A stretch of 64,000 bases of DNA, from NCBI GenBank assembly GCA_965261395.1, contig OZ253462.1, positions 1,248,001 to 1,312,000 on the forward strand. The letters are read 5' to 3'. A program made the position numbers and the translations under genes. Positions 28,592 through 37,112 of this stretch are shown here, piece after piece. The notes under the pieces are model-generated. The model was given only the letters and a program-made list of their open reading frames with translations. It was not told the DNA's origin and made no database searches. The stretch is from Candidatus Latescibacterota bacterium (lineage in GTDB: Bacteria; Latescibacterota; UBA2968; UBA8231). The first letter of the stretch is position 1. Every line of letters begins with the position of its first letter.

Positions 28592-30322
28592 TCATTGTGT
28601 GGGTTCTAAGTTGAGTAAGACGAGCAGCCAAGTGCGGTGCCAGTAGGCGCTGTTGACATAGGGATTTTCAGCCGTGGGCCAGTTTTTCCAATAGGTCTCG
28701 TTGTGGGGAATCCGGTGATACCACTGGATCAGCGGGATCGAAGGCAGTTCGCGCAACCAGATATCCATCGCTCGGCGGAAGAGCGCGACCAACTCCGGGT
28801 CGTCCGGCGCGACCTCGGCCATGCGATCGACGATCGCGTCGAATTCTTCATTTTTCCAACGCCAGAAGTACTCGGCTGAGGTGCCCGTCGGCTGCACGAA
28901 GCGACTGTGGTAGAGGCGCAAGGTGAAGTAAGGATCCCGCACCGAAGCCGCGTGCCCCATCACAAAGGCGCGGGCCGTGCCTTGGGTCATGCGGGTATAG
29001 GCGTCGTTGGTGGCGCGGAAGCTGGCCTCAAAACCGGCTTGGCGCAATTGTTCGATCAGCACCGGCGTGAAGTCCTGGAAGAGGTTGGGGAAGACATCTA
29101 CCACTATCTTGAGGCGCGTCCCGTTCTTACTCCAGAACCCGTCCTCGTCCTTGTGCCATCCCTTGCGCTGCATGATCTCCGCCGTGCGGGCCGGGTCGTA
29201 GGTATTTAATTGGTATTGGGCGAAAAGATCTTGGATCTGGTCGATATAGCGCATCAGTGGGGGAAATTCGGGATAGGGATGGAGCGTGAACTTGCCTGCC
29301 CCCTGCCAACCTACGTCAATTATTTGGGCGCGATTGATTGCGTAGTTGACGGCCCAGCGAATCTCTGGGTCGCTGAAGGGCTCTTCAAGATTGTTGAAAC
29401 CCAGCGACAGCGGCCACCAATCCAGATAGCCGTACGGTGCTTCCCGGCCGGTCCAAGTGGAGATATTGGGGTTTTGCTCGAGAACGGTTTTGATATTGAC
29501 GGGGCGCAAGTCCACGCTCGAATCGATTTCGTTGGCCAAGAGTTGCTGGGACCACTTGGCTTCACTGCCGAAGGGCAGATAGATGATGCGCTCCACCTTG
29601 GGTAGTCTCTGGAACCCCAAGCCAACCGCCCACCAGTCCGGCCGCAGATCCCAAACGCGCTGTTCGGGCGCGGCAATCGCTAGGCGATAAGGCCCGCTGA
29701 CCACCGGCCAGCCCTTGGCTAGGTCGAGGTTTTTGAAGGTCGTGGCGTCTTGGTCTTTCCAGATGTGCTCGGGGACGATGCGGACCCCATTGACGAAACA
29801 ATCGGTGAAGTACGAAAACAGAAATCTTGGATTGGGTGCCCTCAGCGCGATGCGCGCCGTCCACTCGTCCACGGCCACCGCTTCGGCGACCCAGGTTTGC
29901 ATATCGGTGGACAGCAGCAACTCCGGCGCGTTGGCCTTGAGCATATTGATGGTGAAGACCAAGTCGCGCGCCGTCCACGGCATGCCGTCGCTCCACTGGA
30001 CCCCAGCGCGGATTTTGATAGTGACTTCGGTATAATCCTCGTTGTATTGGTGGCTCTCCGCGATCCAGGGGATGAGATTGTTTTCTTGGCTATAGGCATT
30101 GTAATAGTAGAGCGGCTCGAAGAGGAAATTAGATCCTGTCGAAGACACGACGCCGGGGATAAAGGGGTTGAAGGCGTCGTAGTCCAGCATCTGGGTTAGT
30201 CCGAGGATCAGCGTCCGATCGCGAGGTACTTGCCCCGCTTGGTCTTCGGCACCACCGCACGCTAAGAGCAAAGCGCAACAAAGCAAAGAGTACCAAATCC
30301 GCGTTTGGTTTCCATATCGCAT
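28592..30322 (-). CDS. ABC transporter substrate-binding protein, family 5 (peptide/oligosaccharide)
   Basis: Lipobox LLAC, EPLYYYN, GVQWSDG.PWTA.D..FT and PFSDP.IRWA.NYAINR. Confidence 0.9.
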   Translation of the reverse strand: MRYGNQTRIWYSLLCCALLLACGGAEDQAGQVPRDRTLILGLTQMLDYDAFNPFIPGVVSSTGSNFLFEPLYYYNAYSQENNLIPWIAESHQYNEDYTEVTIKIRAGVQWSDGMPWTARDLVFTINMLKANAPELLLSTDMQTWVAEAVAVDEWTARIALRAPNPRFLFSYFTDCFVNGVRIVPEHIWKDQDATTFKNLDLAKGWPVVSGPYRLAIAAPEQRVWDLRPDWWAVGLGFQRLPKVERIIYLPFGSEAKWSQQLLANEIDSSVDLRPVNIKTVLEQNPNISTWTGREAPYGYLDWWPLSLGFNNLEEPFSDPEIRWAVNYAINRAQIIDVGWQGAGKFTLHPYPEFPPLMRYIDQIQDLFAQYQLNTYDPARTAEIMQRKGWHKDEDGFWSKNGTRLKIVVDVFPNLFQDFTPVLIEQLRQAGFEASFRATNDAYTRMTQGTARAFVMGHAASVRDPYFTLRLYHSRFVQPTGTSAEYFWRWKNEEFDAIVDRMAEVAPDDPELVALFRRAMDIWLRELPSIPLIQWYHRIPHNETYWKNWPTAENPYVNSAYWHRTWLLVLLNLEPTQ

Positions 30323-30389
30323 GTGAAATTCCTTTTATAATGGCCTACGACCAGATGACGACTACATCTATTAGGTACTGAGATTGGTC

Positions 30390-32522
30390 TTAGTAGGCTA
30401 TGGCGAAGGAGCCGACTTGGCGCTCTTGGTCTTTGGTCTCCAGGGTTAGTTCGTAGAGATAAGTGCCCGGCGGCAGGAGCTGTCCTTGTGCATTGCGACC
30501 GTTCCACGCCTGCTCGAACGCCCCGCTTTTGGCGCTGGTCGCCGGCAAGATATGCACCACCCGACCCGCCAGATCGTAGATCCGCAACGACACCGGCCGC
30601 GCCGTGGCCACCTCCCGCAGCTTATAGGAGAAGACTACTTTGTCGTTGACCCCATCGCCATTGGGCGTGAAGACCCCCGGCCCGGCCTCCACCTGGATCA
30701 GCAGATCGCCCCCCAAAGGCGTCTTCACCGAGAGCGCGTCGCCTGAAAAGCGAAAGGTTGCGTTGCCCGGCTGGATCTGCTGCCGCACTTGGTCGGCATC
30801 GGTGCTATTGAATACCCAGCCCGAAAACTCCGTGCCGAAACGCAACACCGTCGCGTCGAAAATCACCTCAATTTGCTTGAAGCTATCCTCTTGCTCGTCG
30901 CGTAACGGGGGGAAGCCGACGATCAGGCGGTCGTCCTCCAGCACCGGCGGGAAAAGCGCGAAATCCACGGCCTGGTCATTGATTAGGACCGATCGCACGG
31001 AATCGACGCGAGTAGGGGTGCGAATTTCCAGATGGTCGAAACCCACATCTCCCACCCCGAAAATCGGGCGTACTACGTAGGTGAAAGTGGTCGGCGTGAA
31101 GTCCTCTACAATGATCGGCCAGATCTCGCCGACCACCTCCTGCGCCGAAGGCACTTCGGCAAACTGCAAACTCAACTGCTCCAGCCGTGGTGCCGCGGTG
31201 AACGTCGAATAGAGCTTGATCTCCACCTGGATATACTGGCTCGGACCCGGCGACAATAGCGCCGTCCCGTCCGCCCAGGCTGCCGCCACCGTCCCCACGT
31301 CCCGCAGGCCCGACGCAAACTCATACGGCGTTGACCAGAAACTCCAGTGCGCCGTGTCGTACACCGGGGCCAGCCGCGCGCCCACGTCGATTTTGAGATA
31401 GTCCTTCAACGCGATCTGGTCGAGGTCTCCGTTGGTGTTCTCGGCAAAGTAGAGGCTGGGGTCGGGCGTCTGCCCGGTGCGGGTGCGGATCTCAATGCGG
31501 GTGCCCTCTGGCACGTCGGCGCTCCAGCGGATTTTGCCCCAGTTGATCGGCTGCCCGAAGTCGAGGATTTGCGTCAGGTAGGTGGTCTCCTCGACAAAGC
31601 CCTCCCCATACACCTCAAACTCCGCGATCTCCCAATTGCGCCGAGGAAAGGGTTGCAGGGTGATCCAGCGGATCGACTGGGTGGGGAAGCGCAGGTCAAC
31701 CACCACGTCCAGGTTTTCGGTGGTGGTCTTGAGTACCTTGAGCTGGGGGTCCCAAGGCTGAACCCATCTCAGCCCCTTGGCGAAACCGGCGACATCGCAA
31801 GTTCCCGAAGCGAAAGCGGCCGTATCGTCCCCTGTGCGGATCTCGTACCACTCGAGTAGATTATCTACGAAGCTATCTTGGCCGAACGCTTCGAGCGCCG
31901 GTTTGGGCGCGGTGAACTCTTCGATCAGCAAGCGATCGTCCACCCGGCTCAGCCGCGGATAAAAGCGAATGCGGTTGACCGGCACCGCGGCACCCAAGTC
32001 TACGACCGCGGCGGCGGCACCCGTATGGACTATCCCCTGCCCAGCCCACCCATTGCCATAGCCTAGTGGTTTGTCCGGGTCTTGGGTAAAGCGCCGGAAC
32101 ATCGCCGTGGCCGGATTGCCGTCGAACATATCCTTGACGATGGGATTTTCCTTGCCCAGATGGACACAGCTATTGGTTACCTCGACTTTCCCACCGGTGT
32201 AGAGCAGGGGGATCTTCTGGGGATCGCTCTCCAGATCGGTCAAGACCATATTGGCGCTAGCTTCGACAAAGCGGGGTTGGATGGCCGTGCCCGAAAAGTC
32301 GATCAACGTGTCTGTCCCCGCTCCGTGCGGCGTCACCTTCACCCCCACTCGCCGCATTTCCTGACCCTCCGCATCCAGCACCACATAGGCGCTGCTCCCC
32401 TCCAGCGAAAGCGCCGTCGCCCAAGCATTGCCGTCGGCCCCGCCCAGGCGATACTCCGTCACGCTCCAAGCAGGGGAGTGGGCGATCCAACCGATGAGAC
32501 AAGAGAGGAGAAGCTGTTGCAT
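30390..32522 (-). CDS. Secreted protein, discoidin-like domain plus C-terminal FlgD/CHU_C Ig domain (copy A1)
   Basis: Signal peptide, MFDG, VDLG..VPVNRIRFYPR, WEIAEFEVYG, and FTPNGDGVND..IYDLAGR.V..WNGR..G..LPPGTY. Confidence 0.8.
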   Translation of the reverse strand: MQQLLLSCLIGWIAHSPAWSVTEYRLGGADGNAWATALSLEGSSAYVVLDAEGQEMRRVGVKVTPHGAGTDTLIDFSGTAIQPRFVEASANMVLTDLESDPQKIPLLYTGGKVEVTNSCVHLGKENPIVKDMFDGNPATAMFRRFTQDPDKPLGYGNGWAGQGIVHTGAAAAVVDLGAAVPVNRIRFYPRLSRVDDRLLIEEFTAPKPALEAFGQDSFVDNLLEWYEIRTGDDTAAFASGTCDVAGFAKGLRWVQPWDPQLKVLKTTTENLDVVVDLRFPTQSIRWITLQPFPRRNWEIAEFEVYGEGFVEETTYLTQILDFGQPINWGKIRWSADVPEGTRIEIRTRTGQTPDPSLYFAENTNGDLDQIALKDYLKIDVGARLAPVYDTAHWSFWSTPYEFASGLRDVGTVAAAWADGTALLSPGPSQYIQVEIKLYSTFTAAPRLEQLSLQFAEVPSAQEVVGEIWPIIVEDFTPTTFTYVVRPIFGVGDVGFDHLEIRTPTRVDSVRSVLINDQAVDFALFPPVLEDDRLIVGFPPLRDEQEDSFKQIEVIFDATVLRFGTEFSGWVFNSTDADQVRQQIQPGNATFRFSGDALSVKTPLGGDLLIQVEAGPGVFTPNGDGVNDKVVFSYKLREVATARPVSLRIYDLAGRVVHILPATSAKSGAFEQAWNGRNAQGQLLPPGTYLYELTLETKDQERQVGSFAIAY

Positions 32523-32570
32523 GGCCCGGTCTCCGTTTTTTGGGCCGCGGTCTTCACGCGGAGGCTAGTC

Positions 32571-34691
32571 TCAGTAGGCTATGGCGAAGGAGCCGATTTG
32601 GCGCTCTTGGTCTTTGGTCTCCAGCGTTAGTTCGTAGAGATAAGTGCCCGGCGGCAGGAGCTGTCCTTGTGCGTTGCGACCGTTCCACGCCTGCTCGAAC
32701 GCCCCGCTCTTGGCACTGGTCGCCGGCAAGATATGCACCACCCGACCCGCCAGATCATAGATCCGCAACGACACCGGCCGCGCCGTGGCCACCTCCCGCA
32801 GCTTATAGGAGAAGACTACTTTGTCGTTGACTCCATCGCCGTTGGGCGTGAAGACCCCCGGCCCGGCCTCCACCTGGATCAGCAGATCGCCCCCCAAAGG
32901 CGTCTTCACCGAGAGCGCGTCGCCTGAAAAGCGGAAGGTTGCGTTGCCCGGCTGGATCTGCTGCCGCACTTGGTCGGCATCGGCGCTATTGAACACCCAG
33001 CCCGAAAACTCCGTGCCGAAACGCAATACCGTCGCGTCGAAAACCACCTCAATCAGCTTGAAACTGTCCTCTTCGCCTACTAGTTGGGGGAAGCCGACGA
33101 TTAAGTGCTCATCCTCCATCTCCGGCGGAAAGAGAGCGAAATCCACCTCAACCCCATTTACCTTGAGCGATCGCACGGAATCGACGCGAGTGGGGGTGCG
33201 GATCTCCAGATGGTCGAAACCCACATCTCCCACCCCGAAGACGGGACGAGCGACATAGGTAAAGGTGGTCGGCGTGAAGTCCTCTACAATGATCGGCCAG
33301 ATCTCGCCGACCACCTCCTGCGCCGAAGGCACTTCGGCAAACTGCAAACTCACCTGTTCCAAGCGTGGAGCCGCGGTGAACGTCGAATAGAGCTTGATCT
33401 CCACTTGGATATACTGGCTCGGACCCGGCGACAATAGCGCCGTCCCGTCCGCCCAGGCTGCCGCCACCGTCCCCACGTCCCGCAGCCCCGATGCAAACTC
33501 ATACGGCGTTGACCAGAAACTCCAGTGCGCCGTGTCGTACACCGGGGCCAGCCGCGCGCCCACGTCGATCTTGAGATAGTCCTTCAACGCGATCTGGTCG
33601 AGGTCTCCGTTGGTGTTCTCGGCAAAGTAGAGGCTGGGGTTGGGTGTTTGTCCGGTTCGGGTACGGATCTCAATGCGGGTTCCTTCTGGCACGTCGGCGC
33701 TCCAGCGGATTTTGCCCCAGTTGATCGGCTGCCCAAAGTCGAGGATTTGCGTCAGGTAGGTGGTCTCCTCGACAAAGCCTTCTCCATACACCTCAAACTC
33801 TGCAATCTCCCACGTGCGTAAAGGAAATGGCTGCAGATTGAGATAGCGGATTGACTGGGTGGGGAAGCGCAGGTCGACCACCACATCCAAATTTTCGGTG
33901 GTGGTCTTGAGCACCTTGAGTTGGGGATCAGAAGGGCTTATCCAGTCGAGCCCTTGGCTCTCAGCGGCAAAATTGCAAGGTCCGGGAGCGAAGAGTCGGC
34001 TATTGTCGCCGATCCGCAGTTCGAACCAGCCCAAGAAATTCTCGGCGAAGCTGTCCTGGCCGAACGCTTCGAGCGCCGGTTTGGGCGCGGTGAACTCCTC
34101 GATCAGCAAGCGATCGTCCACCTGGCTCAGCCGAGGATAAAAGCGAATGCGGTTGACGGGGATGGCCCCACCAAAATCCATGGCCACCGACCTCGACCCA
34201 GGCAAGGCCCCCCAGCCATCGCCGAAGCCCGGCGGAAGGTTGGGGTCTTGGGCGAAGGGACGGAAGAAAGCCGTAGTCAAATCCCCGTCAAACATCTTGC
34301 GAATCGCCTTGGAGTCGTTACCCAACGTCGGACAGTAGATATTGTTGGAAGGTCCGGCATTGCCGCCGGTGTAGAAGAAGGGGATCTTTTCCTCCACGCT
34401 CTCCGGGTCAATCAGCGTTATATTGACATTCGAGTCGATAAAGCGGGATTGGATGGCATGGCCCGAAAAGTCGATCAACGTGTCTGTCCCCGCCCCATGC
34501 AGCGTCACCCCCACCTCCACTCGCTGCAGTTCCTGACCCTCCGCATCCAGCACCACATAGGCGCTACCCCCCTCCAGCGAAAGCGCCGTCGTCCAAGCAT
34601 TGCCGTCGGCCCCGCCTAGGCGATACTCCGTCACACCCCAAGCAGGGGAATAACCCAATAGCAAAACGACCAACAGCAATAATGGTTTCAT
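32571..34691 (-). CDS. Secreted protein, tandem paralog of 30390..32522 (copy A2)
   Basis: Same architecture, and the C-terminal ~400 aa are nearly identical to A1. Confidence 0.8.
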   Translation of the reverse strand: MKPLLLLVVLLLGYSPAWGVTEYRLGGADGNAWTTALSLEGGSAYVVLDAEGQELQRVEVGVTLHGAGTDTLIDFSGHAIQSRFIDSNVNITLIDPESVEEKIPFFYTGGNAGPSNNIYCPTLGNDSKAIRKMFDGDLTTAFFRPFAQDPNLPPGFGDGWGALPGSRSVAMDFGGAIPVNRIRFYPRLSQVDDRLLIEEFTAPKPALEAFGQDSFAENFLGWFELRIGDNSRLFAPGPCNFAAESQGLDWISPSDPQLKVLKTTTENLDVVVDLRFPTQSIRYLNLQPFPLRTWEIAEFEVYGEGFVEETTYLTQILDFGQPINWGKIRWSADVPEGTRIEIRTRTGQTPNPSLYFAENTNGDLDQIALKDYLKIDVGARLAPVYDTAHWSFWSTPYEFASGLRDVGTVAAAWADGTALLSPGPSQYIQVEIKLYSTFTAAPRLEQVSLQFAEVPSAQEVVGEIWPIIVEDFTPTTFTYVARPVFGVGDVGFDHLEIRTPTRVDSVRSLKVNGVEVDFALFPPEMEDEHLIVGFPQLVGEEDSFKLIEVVFDATVLRFGTEFSGWVFNSADADQVRQQIQPGNATFRFSGDALSVKTPLGGDLLIQVEAGPGVFTPNGDGVNDKVVFSYKLREVATARPVSLRIYDLAGRVVHILPATSAKSGAFEQAWNGRNAQGQLLPPGTYLYELTLETKDQERQIGSFAIAY

Positions 34692-34902
34692 AGCTTCCCC
34701 TCTTCCCGATGGGAAGATAGCGGCTATACCCAGTATATTTATATTGCTTATAATATGAAGATTTACAGAGGCAATCCAGCTTTTAAAACGCGCTACCGAG
34801 CGGAGCGCTGTTGTTGCTCGGTGCTGCCGCCGAAATCGCGTATATTGAGGTTTATCAGTTAAACTGAACTAGCGGTAAAGCCGCCATCTCCCAGAGGCTG
34901 AG

Positions 34903-37029
34903 ATGTTCGAATCCAGTCGTGTGCTGAGCCTGATCGTTGGTGTATCAAGTCTCACTTTCCTCTCTGCGGCCGGCACTGCGGCCCTAGAGTCGGTCGTGAT
35001 CGGCTGGGACGGCGATCTCGATTGGCAGGGTAGTGGTTCGGCTACCGTGGAGACCATCGACGCCGAATACCTCGCCCCACCCGATCCCAACAACCCCGGG
35101 GGCACTCCCCAATTGCTGATCGGTAATGCACCCGGCGATCTCGTCGAATTCGATAGTGCCGATTTTCCCAAAAGCCTGCTGCCCCAACTACTGGTCGAAT
35201 GTCCTGATGGCACCTGCCCCGAGGCCAATGTAGCCGCCGGCACGATCTCTCGGGGCGGACGCATCCGGATCCCTACCTTCTCCAGCTTCACACTCCAGTA
35301 CAAGTCGACCAATCTCAAGGAGAATTTGGAGGAGATGATAAACAGCAGGGCCGGAGGCGAGGAGGATGCGCTCGAACTCAAGAACTTCAACGCCTTTGGC
35401 CAGCTCCTCATTCTCGACATGGGTGCCCGCTTTCCCGTCAACCGCATCCGCTTCTATCCGCGCGATTCGGTCCAGAAATCGCCCGCTACGCCCTTCCAGA
35501 ACGACTTTCTAAGGGCCTACGAACTCTTTACCAACGACGGCCTCAATCTCACTAGGGAGGGGAACCAGATCTGGAATCCCTTGGTGCTCGAACGGGACAA
35601 CCGCCACCCCGTCGTCGATGTGCGGCTCGACCCACCGCGCTATGTCAGGTCCATACGCATGAAGTCGCTTACCCAATTCGATTGGGAGATCGACGAGTTC
35701 GAAGTCTATGGCCAGGGCTTCCTGCCCACAGCTTCCTATATATCCGACATATTCGACGCCGGCGGACCCGCCACTTGGATCAAGCTGCGTTGGGACGAGG
35801 AAATAGTGGGGGACCCGGACTTTTCCCAGATGCAGATCCGCACCCGGACCGGCATCGACGACTCGCCTTTCGTCTTTACCCGCACTCTGCGGGGCAAGCC
35901 CAACGCCGAAGAGATCCCCTTCTCCGTCGACGACCCGACCCAAGATATGACCCGCAGGGAGTTCGAGAGCCTGCCCAAGATCGATGCCGACGGCCGCGAA
36001 TGGGAACCCGCCTCAGTGCTGGATGACCTAGTGAACTGGAGCCCTTTCAGCACGCCCTTTGCCGCCAACGCTGCCAATGGCCCCGGCAGTCCCATCGTCT
36101 CGCCCAGCCCGCGGCGCTATTTCCAGTTCCAGGTGTTCTTCGATAGCAAATCCTTGGACGCCGCCCGCGTGCTGCGGTCCCTCGGTTTCGATTTCCTGGT
36201 CCCGCCGCTCGCCGACGAACTCATCGGCGAGATCTTTCCGCGCCGGGTCGAGCCGTCGACATCCGTTTCTTTTATCTACGCGGTGCGGCCCGTCATGCAT
36301 ACGACGGGTTTGCTGGGCTTCGACACCATTGAGATCTACACCCCGACCCAGGTCGAGAGCATCGACCGAATCGAGATCTTGGACGCGGAGGGTCAGATGG
36401 TCGCCAGCCGCGATTTCGCCGACCTGTCTGACAGGACCTTGGTCGACGATTTCCAGATCACTGCGGTGGCCAACGACCGCTTCTCGGTGCGTCTGCCCCT
36501 GATCCAGGAAGATGGTGCCCAGGCTCGCATCTTCTTCAGTACCAGCGTCCTCACCTATAGCACCAATTTTCCTTCTGCAGCCCTGATTTCCACCGAACCC
36601 GACGCCGCGCAGGGGATTACTTCGGGTGAGGTGGCCGTCCTTGGGGAGGACGACCGGCCCGATTTCTCCGGAATCACCGTGCTCAGCCCCAAAATCCAGG
36701 AAGGGAGCATCCTCGCTAAGGTCGAACTCGGCCCCAACCCCTTCACTCCCAACGGGGACGGCGTCAACGATGTGATCGGAGTGAACTACAGCTTGCTTTC
36801 CCTCAGCGTCCCCCGGCCTGTCTATATCGGCGTCTACGACCTCGCAGGCCGGAGCTTGCGCGTCTTGCACGAAGGCCCCGAACGCAATGGCCGCTACGAG
36901 GACAAGGGCTGGGATGGCCGCGACGACGCGGGCGCACTGGCCGCTCCCGGAATCTATATAGTGCGGATTGAAGTCGTGGGAGACGCCGAGACCGATGTGC
37001 AGTCTCGGGTCGTCGCGCTGGTCTACTGA
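34903..37029 (+). CDS. Secreted protein, diverged member of the same FlgD/CHU_C-tailed family
   Basis: LDMGARFPVNRIRFYPR, WEIDEFEVYG.GF, IRTRTG, SPSPRRYFQ, GEIFP and NPFTPNGDGVND. Confidence 0.8.
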   Translation: MFESSRVLSLIVGVSSLTFLSAAGTAALESVVIGWDGDLDWQGSGSATVETIDAEYLAPPDPNNPGGTPQLLIGNAPGDLVEFDSADFPKSLLPQLLVECPDGTCPEANVAAGTISRGGRIRIPTFSSFTLQYKSTNLKENLEEMINSRAGGEEDALELKNFNAFGQLLILDMGARFPVNRIRFYPRDSVQKSPATPFQNDFLRAYELFTNDGLNLTREGNQIWNPLVLERDNRHPVVDVRLDPPRYVRSIRMKSLTQFDWEIDEFEVYGQGFLPTASYISDIFDAGGPATWIKLRWDEEIVGDPDFSQMQIRTRTGIDDSPFVFTRTLRGKPNAEEIPFSVDDPTQDMTRREFESLPKIDADGREWEPASVLDDLVNWSPFSTPFAANAANGPGSPIVSPSPRRYFQFQVFFDSKSLDAARVLRSLGFDFLVPPLADELIGEIFPRRVEPSTSVSFIYAVRPVMHTTGLLGFDTIEIYTPTQVESIDRIEILDAEGQMVASRDFADLSDRTLVDDFQITAVANDRFSVRLPLIQEDGAQARIFFSTSVLTYSTNFPSAALISTEPDAAQGITSGEVAVLGEDDRPDFSGITVLSPKIQEGSILAKVELGPNPFTPNGDGVNDVIGVNYSLLSLSVPRPVYIGVYDLAGRSLRVLHEGPERNGRYEDKGWDGRDDAGALAAPGIYIVRIEVVGDAETDVQSRVVALVY

Positions 37030-37112
37030 AGCGGAGCTGTCGCGGGACCGAATGGCTATGGGGGATACGTTCCCAGCTTTACTCGTAGCGCAGGGTATTG
37101 CGCCCGATCACC

